Below, in pieces: positions 36,828 through 44,874 of a DNA stretch of 64,000 nucleotides (within the stretch, counting starts at the first letter, position 1; the number at the start of each line of letters is the position of its first letter). Made by a program: the position numbers and the translations under genes. Below the pieces are notes generated by a model. It did not search any database. It saw only the letters and a program-made list of their open reading frames with translations, and was not told the origin of the DNA. The stretch spans positions 191,414-255,413 of the forward strand of contig JAHBVR010000014.1 in NCBI GenBank assembly GCA_019637395.1. Direction: 5' to 3'. Origin of the DNA: Vulcanimicrobiota bacterium. Lineage in GTDB: Bacteria; Vulcanimicrobiota; Xenobia; Xenobiales; JADMJV01.

Positions 36828-38065
36828 GGAGCTGGAGGCTCCTACTCAGTCTGGCTCTGGTGCTCGCTCAAGGGTTGTGGTCCTGGCCTCGCCGTCTCGG
36901 CCCGGGACTGTATGTGGAGACGGTTCCCTCGGGTTGCCGCGTGATTTTGAGGAGCAAATTGACCCTGGCGGTGGGGCCCACCGGCCGCTTTCAGGCCGGG
37001 GTGGGCGGCATCGAACTGGGCCGCACGCCCGGCCCGCTGCAGTTGGAAGAGAAGGAGCTCCCGGCTTTGCTCAGCTTTGAGCTGCCCGGCTTCGAGCCGC
37101 TGGAGCGTCCTTTCCCCAGGGATGCCTTTCGTCATCCTCAGAGGCTGAGGCTCACCCCCAAGATTCCTGTGCTGGTGCCTCTAGCCTATCGGATCGGGCG
37201 GGACTTCCCTTTTGCCTCTCTGTTGCTGGCCTTCTGGCTGGGGACCGGCCTGCTCTGGCTGGGCCGGCGCCGGCGCGAGCGCCAGACCGAAGAACGCCTG
37301 CGCACGTCGGCGACTCTGGTTCAAGGTGACAGGATTGGTCCGTATCGAGTGCAACGCGAGTTGGGTCGGGGTGGCATGGGTGTGGTCTACCAGGTGCTTT
37401 CGCCGTCAGGAACGCCCCTTGCTCTCAAGCTTTTGCAGCCGGTGGCGCGGCCCGAAGAGGAGGTTCGGGCTTTGTTGGGTCTGCAGCATCCCAATGTGGT
37501 CCATATTTTGGACTGGGGCGAGGCCGAGGGGCAATTCTATCTGGTCATGGAGTGGGTGGAGGGACAGACCCTGGCTGAGGTGGTTGGCGAACAATTGCCG
37601 GACGTTGCCCAGCTGACCGATTGGATGAGCCAGTTGTGCCAGGCCCTGGCCTATATCCACGGCAAGTCGATTGTCCACAACGACCTGAAACCTTCCAATC
37701 TCATGCTGCGTGACGGTCGGCTGATTCTGATGGATTTCGGCATTGCTCACAGCTCGGAGCGGCCGCGCGCCCAACTGGGCACCCCCGGCTATGTGGCCCC
37801 CGAGAAGATCCACGGTGGTGCCGGAGATTGGCGCTCCGACTATTACTCGGCGGCTTGCTGCTGGTTTTACTTGTGGGAGGGCCGGCCCGCCTTCGAGGGG
37901 CGTACTCCGGTGCAGACTCTTCGTCTACAAGGTCAGGGCCAGTTGCCCGCCGGCCAGCGGCCCATGCCGGAGCAATGGTTCAGCTTGTGGTCGCGCTGGA
38001 TGAATTCGGACCCGGATCAGCGGACGGCGCCCTCCAGCGCGGAAACCGCCCGGGAATTCAGGTAA
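36821..38065 (+). CDS. receptor Ser/Thr protein kinase with N-terminal PEGA-like ectodomain (paralogue of 32680-33891)
   Basis: In-frame TTG at 36821 overlaps the upstream stop (36825-36827) and gives signal peptide (M)VGSWRLLLSLALVLAQG. PEGA-like VETVPSGCRVIL..LSFELPGFEPLERPF. TM segment LLLAFWLGTGLLWLGRRRR. Kinase motifs GRGGMGVVY, ALKLL, HNDLKPSNLML, DFGIA and GTPGYVAPE. Confidence 0.85.
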   Translation: MVGSWRLLLSLALVLAQGLWSWPRRLGPGLYVETVPSGCRVILRSKLTLAVGPTGRFQAGVGGIELGRTPGPLQLEEKELPALLSFELPGFEPLERPFPRDAFRHPQRLRLTPKIPVLVPLAYRIGRDFPFASLLLAFWLGTGLLWLGRRRRERQTEERLRTSATLVQGDRIGPYRVQRELGRGGMGVVYQVLSPSGTPLALKLLQPVARPEEEVRALLGLQHPNVVHILDWGEAEGQFYLVMEWVEGQTLAEVVGEQLPDVAQLTDWMSQLCQALAYIHGKSIVHNDLKPSNLMLRDGRLILMDFGIAHSSERPRAQLGTPGYVAPEKIHGGAGDWRSDYYSAACCWFYLWEGRPAFEGRTPVQTLRLQGQGQLPAGQRPMPEQWFSLWSRWMNSDPDQRTAPSSAETAREFR

Positions 38066-38086
38066 AGGGCGAGGAAAGGCCCAGCT

Positions 38087-39610
38087 ATGGATTCGCACGA
38101 AATTCAAACCCTGAAAATCGCCAGGCGTCCCAAGTCTCAGGGGAAGCGGGTGGCCTTTCTGCAGGTGCTCTCAGGGGAAGCGGCCGGCTCCATCGTCGTT
38201 CTCCAGGAACAAGAATTGGAGATGGGCCGCCAGGGCAGCGGCCTGGTGATCCGCGATGTGGGAGTGAGTCGCCGTCACGCCCGCCTGGAGTTTTCCGAGG
38301 GCTACCGACTGATCGACCTGGAGAGCACCAACGGGACCATCGTCAACGGCGAAAGCATTCAGGAGGCATCGCTGAACGACGGTGACACCATCGAACTGGG
38401 GCGGGACTGCACTTTGCGGTTTTGCTGGCAAACGGAGCAGCAATTGGAGTCGGCTCAGAAGTTAGCCCGGGCCACCACGCTCGATTCGGCCACCGGCTTT
38501 CTCAAGGTGGAGGCCTTTCAACGCCGCCTGGAGCAAGAGATCGCACTGGCCTCCCGGGGCGCCCTCAGCTTGAGTCTGCTCTCCATCGCCAGCTCTCAGC
38601 CTGAGGATTGCGCTAAAGGGCTGGCCTCGCTGGCTCGGCGTGAGGATGAGCTGGGGCTTTCAGGTGGTGATTCGTTCTTAATGATGTTGCGCAATACCGA
38701 TTCGTCCGGTGCTTTGAAGTTCGTGGAGCGACTGGAGAAGTCTCTCTCCGCCCTGGAGCCTCGCGTCTCCGGGGTGAGCTGGCTGGTGGGCGAGGATGCT
38801 TCGCGCCTGTTGGCCCGATTGCACTCGAGCCAGGGATTGGCCTTCGGGGAGGAGCCCAGCCTGTCGGGGCTGCGCCTCTATTCGCTGGGCGGTTTCGAAG
38901 TCTATCTCGGCTCCCAGCGCCTGGAGCAGTGGCATAGCCGCAAGGTGCGTTTTCTGCTGGCCTGCATCGCTTCGCGGTCGCGCCCGGTGAGCGCCGATCT
39001 GGTGACGGAGTATCTTTGGGGAGACGATCCGCTTTCGGCGGCCGGGGCGCTTCAGACCGCCGTTTCCCATCTGCGCAAGCAGCTGCGGCCCGAGGGAGCC
39101 CCGAAGAACCTCAACTACATTCTGAGAAATCCCCTGGGCTTTTACTTGAATCCCGAATTGCCGCACTGGCACGATTTGGAGCAACTGGAGCAGACCCTGG
39201 AGCAAATTCAGCGTCTGCAAGGGAGCCCCGAATCCTTTCGCTGGCTGCGCCAGCTCCGCCAGCTCTATCGCGGGCCCTATTTGGAGGGCTGCTATCAGGA
39301 TTGGGCCGACGCTCAGCGCAACCAGGTGGAGGCCCGGGTGCTGCATGCTCTGCAGTCTTGTCTGCCCGGCCTGGCCCAGGCCGGCAAGCCGGAAGAGCTT
39401 TTGGAAACCAGTCTTTTTGCCACCAAGATCGACCCTTGCCTGCAGGAGGCCCACGGGGCGGCCATGCAGGCCTATGTGGCACTGGGCCGGCCGGAACAGG
39501 CGTTGCGTCACTTTCAGTGGGCCGAGAAGGCCCTGTCGGAAGAACTGGGAGTGGAACCTTCGCTGGCCTTGCTGGAGCAATATCAGAGAGCCCGGCTGGC
39601 CCTGGCTTAG
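38087..39610 (+). CDS. FHA / degenerate GGDEF / SARP-type (wHTH + BTAD) transcriptional regulator
   Basis: FHA region LEMGRQGSGLVIRDVGVSRRHARLEF..ESTNGTIVNGESI. GGDEF-like region LDSATGFLKVEAFQRRLEQEI..LSLLSIAS..LSGGDSFLMMLRN, with GGDSF and the first metal-binding Asp lost. OmpR-type wHTH LRLYSLGGFEVYLGSQRLEQWHSRKVRFLLACIASR..ADLVTEYLWGD. BTAD LYRGPYLEGCYQDWADAQRNQVEARVL..AMQAYVALGRPEQALRHFQWAEKALSEELGVEPS. Confidence 0.85.
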   Translation: MDSHEIQTLKIARRPKSQGKRVAFLQVLSGEAAGSIVVLQEQELEMGRQGSGLVIRDVGVSRRHARLEFSEGYRLIDLESTNGTIVNGESIQEASLNDGDTIELGRDCTLRFCWQTEQQLESAQKLARATTLDSATGFLKVEAFQRRLEQEIALASRGALSLSLLSIASSQPEDCAKGLASLARREDELGLSGGDSFLMMLRNTDSSGALKFVERLEKSLSALEPRVSGVSWLVGEDASRLLARLHSSQGLAFGEEPSLSGLRLYSLGGFEVYLGSQRLEQWHSRKVRFLLACIASRSRPVSADLVTEYLWGDDPLSAAGALQTAVSHLRKQLRPEGAPKNLNYILRNPLGFYLNPELPHWHDLEQLEQTLEQIQRLQGSPESFRWLRQLRQLYRGPYLEGCYQDWADAQRNQVEARVLHALQSCLPGLAQAGKPEELLETSLFATKIDPCLQEAHGAAMQAYVALGRPEQALRHFQWAEKALSEELGVEPSLALLEQYQRARLALA

Positions 39611-39640
39611 AATTTACATTTAGTTAACATCTGGCCGGGT

Positions 39641-39672
39641 TTCGCCAAGTTTCCGCAAGTCCAATCCGTAAG
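39641..39672 (+). promoter_or_regulatory. three phased direct repeats TTCGCCAAG / TTCCGCAAG / ATCCGTAAG
   Basis: Copies at 39641-39649, 39651-39659 and 39664-39672, giving 10- and 13-nt phasing. They end 8 nt before the S8 protease ATG and abut its GAGG. The core is the same as the tandem at 31342-31363. Confidence 0.45.
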
Positions 39673-39680
39673 CTGAGGTT

Positions 39681-40721
39681 ATGAACGTAACCTCTTCTTC
39701 CAGCGCCACCAGCTCCACCAGGCCTGCTTCCCAGCCGGTTTCCAAGCCCGCGGCCGAGCCGGCTTCCAAAGTGGAGCCGAGCGTCGCCGTCCTGGACGAG
39801 TTCCGCGGCGCTGATGAGCCGGGTAGGACCACCCACGGTGAACTGGTGGAAGGAGTGCTGCTCTCGCAGGGCCTCGAGCAGGACGACATCAAGCGCCTGC
39901 AGGTTTCCCCCCAGGGAGACGTCGAGCAGCTTTGGAACGAGATGGCCGAGGGCCACGAGGGCGCTCTGGACCGTTACATCGAGGACCGCATGCACGGCGT
40001 CCTGGACGGAACCACCTCGGCTCTGGAAGAGGTCCTGCAGGACAAAGATTCTTCCATCACCACCGTCAACCAATCTCAGGGTATGTCCGAAAGCCTGGTG
40101 CTGACGCAGCTTACCACGGTCGCCCGCGAAGTTCCTGAGTTCAAGGAGCTGTTGAAAGAACAGGTGGGACTTCCCGCCGAAGCCAGCGGCCAGGAGTTGG
40201 TCCAGGCCCTGGTGGACACCATTGGGGACGTCAACCAGAACAGCCCGATCGTCCAGCAGGCCCGCGAGCGCTATCTAGAAGTCTCGCAGCAATTGGCAAA
40301 TCAGGGCATCAGCCACGTGCTGGCCGCCGGCAACGAAGGCGAGACGGAAGACGCTCTGATTGCTTCGGGTATCCAGACCGGCCCGAATTTTTTCCGCAAC
40401 ATCCTGGCCAATGACAACACCACCGTGGTCGGAGCGGTCGATGCCCAGGGCGGCAACCCCACCTTCAATGCCGACGCCGGTGCGGAAATCTCCGCCCTTG
40501 GGGTGGATGTCTCCATCCAGACCGCCGATGGTGCTCAGGAAGTGCAAAGTGGTACCAGCTTCGCCGCTCCCCTGGTGGCGGCCGCCGATGCCCGCCTGGC
40601 CGTCCTGTTCCCCAACCTGACCGCACGGCAGCGCGAAGGCATGATGGCGGCCAGCGCCATCCCCGTGGCCGGCCAGCCAGGCGAAGTCGGAGCCGGCCAG
40701 CTGAACATGATGGCCTGGTAA
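39681..40721 (+). CDS. subtilisin-like (S8) serine peptidase without a recognisable signal peptide
   Basis: Catalytic order D (VAVLDEF), H (TTHGELVEGV), N (LAAGNEG), S (SGTSFAAPLVAA). N-terminus MNVTSSSSATSSTRPASQPVSKPAAEPASK is disordered and non-hydrophobic. Confidence 0.8.
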   Translation: MNVTSSSSATSSTRPASQPVSKPAAEPASKVEPSVAVLDEFRGADEPGRTTHGELVEGVLLSQGLEQDDIKRLQVSPQGDVEQLWNEMAEGHEGALDRYIEDRMHGVLDGTTSALEEVLQDKDSSITTVNQSQGMSESLVLTQLTTVAREVPEFKELLKEQVGLPAEASGQELVQALVDTIGDVNQNSPIVQQARERYLEVSQQLANQGISHVLAAGNEGETEDALIASGIQTGPNFFRNILANDNTTVVGAVDAQGGNPTFNADAGAEISALGVDVSIQTADGAQEVQSGTSFAAPLVAAADARLAVLFPNLTARQREGMMAASAIPVAGQPGEVGAGQLNMMAW

Positions 40722-40767
40722 GCAAAGTTAAATACACAACGATATCTGACAAACGGAGGACCTGAAC

Positions 40768-41733
40768 GTGATCGCCCAAGCCTACTCCTACAGCCCCTGT
40801 GTAGCCTATCCCACCTTGTCCCCGATGAACTGCTATCCATCGTCGCCGATGCTGCCGATGCCAGCCTGCGCGGACCCCTATCAGTCCTTTTTGAACGCGA
40901 TGAACCAGATGCAGAACCTGCAGATGTCGGGCTTTATACAGGGTTACATGGATGGACTGGCGGCCCGCTCCCAGATGGACCCCTACCTGGGCTTCCCGTC
41001 GCCTTATTACGACAGCCATTGCCACTGCGACCATGATGAGGCTTACGAGCACCACAACCACGCTCACGCTCACAAGACCAGGCCCCACCTCCCCAAGCTG
41101 AGGCCGCTGCCCAACGAGATCTCGCGCGAGCGCGAAGTGGTGCTCACCGATAAGGATGATCACGGCGTGGTCACCAGCAAAGTTCCCGAAGGCGGCGAAC
41201 ACCGCACCGTTCGGGTCGACGACCGCCCGGAGCGCAAAGCAACGGTGGATTTGGCCACTAATGAGAATGGTTCGGCCCAGACGGAAACCACCGTGGTGGA
41301 GACCCCCGAAGTGGAAACGGTTCACATCGAGGATGTCGATGACAATTCCGGCAACTCGGCGGTGGTGGTGGAAGGTGACCATGTTATCGTGACCAACCCG
41401 GGCGACACTCCCGACCAGAATGTCGTCACGGAGTACAAAGAAGAGGTCGGCCTGGTGGAAGGTCTCGGTCGCGGTATTGACCAGTTCTTTGGCGGTAAGC
41501 CGGAGCGCCGCACCTACGAGAACGTCAGCCAGGTGGACATCATTCACAACCAGGACGGCTCTCAGACCACCATGGTTACCGATGCTGACGGCCAAATGCA
41601 CTCGGTCCAGACCGGCCAAGACGGCTTGGCGCAGAAGACCGGGGAGTGGGTGGACGATCGAGTGCACGACGTCGTCGACTTTGCGCAAAATGTCGGCCAG
41701 GGCTTCTCCGACTTGTGGAACAGTCTCTGGTAA
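40768..41733 (+). CDS. hypothetical His-rich/acidic protein (321 aa)
   Basis: GTG start preceded by ACGGAGGA. Met/Pro/Tyr-rich N-terminus. His cluster DSHCHCDHDEAYEHHNHAHAHKTRPH. Acidic Val/Thr/Asp-rich remainder. No recognised domain. Confidence 0.55.
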   Translation: MIAQAYSYSPCVAYPTLSPMNCYPSSPMLPMPACADPYQSFLNAMNQMQNLQMSGFIQGYMDGLAARSQMDPYLGFPSPYYDSHCHCDHDEAYEHHNHAHAHKTRPHLPKLRPLPNEISREREVVLTDKDDHGVVTSKVPEGGEHRTVRVDDRPERKATVDLATNENGSAQTETTVVETPEVETVHIEDVDDNSGNSAVVVEGDHVIVTNPGDTPDQNVVTEYKEEVGLVEGLGRGIDQFFGGKPERRTYENVSQVDIIHNQDGSQTTMVTDADGQMHSVQTGQDGLAQKTGEWVDDRVHDVVDFAQNVGQGFSDLWNSLW

Positions 41734-41739
41734 GGAGTA

Positions 41740-41775
41740 GTGGTCTTCCTGGCCAGCCTCGGTCAGGAAGACCAC
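41740..41775 (+). terminator. strong stem-loop (12-bp perfect stem, extendable to 15 bp)
   Basis: GTGGTCTTCCTG at 41740-41751 pairs with CAGGAAGACCAC at 41764-41775. The loop is gccagcctcggt, whose ends can pair further. It begins 7 nt after the TAA of 40768-41733. No U-tract follows. Confidence 0.55.
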
Positions 41776-42167
41776 GCTGATTACCATCGAGTACGGGCAG
41801 GCTGTCTCCCCAATCTGGGTTTGGACCTGGGCGTACGAGCAGCATAGCCCCACCTGCGGCGGCCGCAAAGTAGCTCGGATTGAGGAATTGAGGGCGGGTG
41901 ACCGGCTACAGGAGGCCCTGATCGACCACGGCTTGGTAGTTTCTGTTGCAGGTTACCAGGGATGCTTTCCTATACCTCCGGACCCCGATGTGGAGCGCGG
42001 CCGAGCAATCTGGTTCTGCGGAAGCGGCTTTTCCAGAACCCCCGTTCCCGGCAAGTCCTGGTATTGCAAAAACTGTGGTGAAAGCTGGGGCGAACTAGAA
42101 GAAAGTCTGCTGGACCATCCGTAGCACCGTCGCTGGATGGCAGGCCCTTGAACCTATTCCAACGTAA

Positions 42168-42965
42168 ATGGGAATCACATGGCCTACCGCTATGCAAATC
42201 TCGCATGGATGGCTCTCAATCGGATGTTTCCCGCTACGGGACCTTTCGCCGTTCTCGGTCTACCCCGGCAGAGTTCCTATTCCTGGAATGCTGAGCTATG
42301 TGCGTCGCTCCTACTGGGAAGCAGGGGACAATCTGCTCGACTGGGCCGCGGAGCTGTCGAGGGAGTCTGGCAGGGGCTGAAAAGCCTGGATAACGGCACG
42401 GATGAGCGACTCTTCCATCAGCCCGACACTCTCGGTCCGAAGCCAATTTCCCACGCGGCCCTGCTCGTCGATTACCTGAACGGCAAGCTGAGACCGTTTG
42501 AGGACGCCCACCAGCGAATGCTGTGCTTCTGGAGGAATTTGTCGATATTGGTGAGCGTGTCCGCCAATTAGGCTCTCCCGCCACGACCACTTACGCGAGT
42601 TGCGCGCAATTTTTCGAGCGGGAGAATCTGATGTTGATGGCCGTGCACTCCTCCGGTTGTGGAGACGAGGTAGAGCCACTTACCAACCTGATGAATCAAT
42701 GGCGTCGAGAAGGCCTGCTGACCAGGGAGGAAGCGACCAAACTCGTCGATGCCGCACCTATGAGCCGAATGGGTAGTTGGTGGGTCGACAGAACGTGAGG
42801 GACGTCAAAAGGCTTCCACTCGTCCCGGTAGTTGAACTGGAACCTTATCGCTACGATCGAGAAGGGTATCAAGACGACTGGTCGCAAGCGGTAGCTCGTT
42901 ACGGAATTTTCCCGAACGGAGGAAAGGCTCTCTTTCGATTCTTCCTGCCCAACTGCAAACTATGA
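42168..42965 (+). pseudogene. decayed gene spread over several frames (unknown family)
   Basis: Four partly overlapping plus-strand ORF pieces: 42168-42380, 42179-42571, 42523-42798 and 42777-42965. Each has protein-like stretches: YWEAGDNLLDWAAEL; PISHAALLVDYLNGKLRPFEDAHQR; LEEFVDIGERVRQLGSPATTTYASCAQFFERENLMLMAVHSSGCGDE; YDREGYQDDWSQAVARYGIFPNGGKALFRFF. Confidence 0.3.
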
Positions 42966-43054
42966 CGGACGACGAAGAGAGGTGATGTGCTACCGGTTGC
43001 GCCAGGGCGGTCAGATGCGGTTGGAAGGGCAAGAACATCGTCAGCTCGGCCAGC

Positions 43055-44446
43055 ATGAGCGGTGAAATTCACAGAAGGTTCGAGGCGACCTGCGCCAAAC
43101 TCGTCCAGATGAGTTTCGAAGCAGGCCGGGCGCTGCGAGCCCAGGTGAGTCGATCCAGCCACGCCGAGTGGCGGCCGGCGGAAAACCGCCGCGATCCGAT
43201 CGAGATGTTGGAAGACTCCGGACAGGGGCGGATGCAGGACTTGCTGCCGTTGCGCTACGGCCGTATGGCCCGCTCGCCCTTTGCTTTCTTTCGCGGCGCC
43301 GCTCAGATTATGGCCTACGACTTGCAGCACACGCCCGACACCGGCATTCGCGTGCAGGCCTGCGGAGATTGCCATTTGTCCAACTTCGGCGGCTTCGCCA
43401 CCCCGGAAAGGCGCCTGGTTTTCGACCTCAACGATTTTGATGAAACCCTGCCGGCCGCCTGGGAATGGGATGTGAAGCGACTGGCCGCCTCATTTGTGAT
43501 GGCTGCCCGGGCCAATGGTTGCGGACGCAAGCAGGCCGACGCCGCCCAGGCGGCGGTGGCGTCCTATCGCGAGAACATGCGAAATTTTGTGAATTTGAGT
43601 CCGCTGGAGTGCTGGTACGCCTCGGTCGACGTGGAGTCGATTGTGGCTGAGATGCAGGATTCCGATTGGCGCAAGCATGTCAGCAAAGAGATTCAGAAGA
43701 ATCTCAAGCGCACTATGGCGGATCACTATTTTCCCAAGTTTACCCAGGTGCAGGACGGTAAGATTCAGATCCGCGATAATCCACCGGTCATTTACCATCT
43801 GCCCGAGCACAAAGATGCTGAGGCCCTGGCCGAGCGCCTCCCCGTCATGCTTGAGAATTACCGCCAGAGTTTGTCGGAAGAACGGCGTGACTTGCTCAGC
43901 CGCTACCAATTTGTGGACTGTGCCGTCAAAGTGGTGGGCGTAGGCAGCGTGGGCACCCGCTGCCTGATCGTGTTGCTGATGTGCCAGGACCGCCATCCGC
44001 TTTTCTTGCAGATCAAACAGGCTAACCAATCCGTGCTGGAGCCTTATTTCGGAGCCGAGCATTCGCACCACGGCCAGCGCGTGGTGGTCGGGCAGCGCCG
44101 TATTCAGGCTGCCAGCGACCTGTTTCTGGGCTGGACCCAGGATCTGGTGGGCCGCCAGTATTACGTGCGCCAGTTGCGCGACGTGAAGCTCTCCGCTGAT
44201 GTCTCTCTCATGACGGCTCGCCGTCTCAAGCGCTACGCTGAACTATGCGGCCGCGTGCTGGCCCGCGCCCACGCCCGTCTGGGCGCCGCCCCGGCTATCG
44301 CCGGCTACCTCGGCCGCGGCGAAAGCTTCGACCAGGCCGTGGCCCAGTTCGCCCTGCGCTACGCCGACCAGACCGAAGCCGACCACTCGGCCTTGCTGCG
44401 CGCCATCAGAGAAGAACGCCTGCCCGTCTACTGGGAAGAAGAATAG
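43055..44446 (+). CDS. DUF2252 domain-containing protein
   Basis: GRALRAQVSRSSHAEWRPAENRRDPIEMLEDSGQGRMQDLLPLRYGRMARSPFAFFRGAAQIMAYDL..VQACGDCHLSNFGGFATPERRLVFDLNDFDETLPAAWEWDVKRLAAS matches the characteristic DUF2252 N-terminal pattern. Confidence 0.88.
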   Translation: MSGEIHRRFEATCAKLVQMSFEAGRALRAQVSRSSHAEWRPAENRRDPIEMLEDSGQGRMQDLLPLRYGRMARSPFAFFRGAAQIMAYDLQHTPDTGIRVQACGDCHLSNFGGFATPERRLVFDLNDFDETLPAAWEWDVKRLAASFVMAARANGCGRKQADAAQAAVASYRENMRNFVNLSPLECWYASVDVESIVAEMQDSDWRKHVSKEIQKNLKRTMADHYFPKFTQVQDGKIQIRDNPPVIYHLPEHKDAEALAERLPVMLENYRQSLSEERRDLLSRYQFVDCAVKVVGVGSVGTRCLIVLLMCQDRHPLFLQIKQANQSVLEPYFGAEHSHHGQRVVVGQRRIQAASDLFLGWTQDLVGRQYYVRQLRDVKLSADVSLMTARRLKRYAELCGRVLARAHARLGAAPAIAGYLGRGESFDQAVAQFALRYADQTEADHSALLRAIREERLPVYWEEE

Positions 44447-44447
44447 C

Positions 44448-44798
44448 TCAAAGCCGGCCATAACCTACGCCGCACACCTGATTGCGTTGATTGACCGCGA
44501 CTTCAACCTGGTAGGAACCGCGGGGATAGCACCAGATGCGGTAGGCGCTGTTGTAACGGACCACGCGCTGGGGCGGGCCCACGCGGGCCACCAGCCAGTC
44601 GGTGGTGTGGCGCGGCGCTTCCTGAAAGTAGCCGTCGTTGGAATGCAGGGCGATCTGGGCGCACAGCAGCAGGATAGGAAAAAGCCAGGCGATGCCGGCG
44701 GCCAGCAGCGACCACCGGCCCCATTTCCAGGGTTTGCGAGCGGGCCGGGGGCGCTGCCGCGGAGAAGGACGCCATTCCCGGGCCAGCTGCCAGTCCAT
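44448..44798 (-). CDS. hypothetical single-TM protein
   Basis: 116-aa ORF. Arg/Pro-rich N-terminus. TM segment WSLLAAGIAWLFPILLLCAQIAL. Small C-terminal domain. Convergent with and abutting the DUF2252 gene. Confidence 0.45.
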   Translation of the reverse strand: MDWQLAREWRPSPRQRPRPARKPWKWGRWSLLAAGIAWLFPILLLCAQIALHSNDGYFQEAPRHTTDWLVARVGPPQRVVRYNSAYRIWCYPRGSYQVEVAVNQRNQVCGVGYGRL

Positions 44799-44874
44799 TT
44801 AGAGTATTTCTCGGCCATTGCGCCGGCGCCCTGCCGGAGCAGGGGACCCTCGGGCCGGTCGCAAACCAGCCCGG

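Noticed and set aside
40465-41868. 467-aa minus-strand ORF spanning the S8 3' end and the His-rich gene
   Set aside because: It crosses an intergenic region and two well-formed plus-strand genes. Its composition is Val/His/Arg/Gly-rich and it has no start context.
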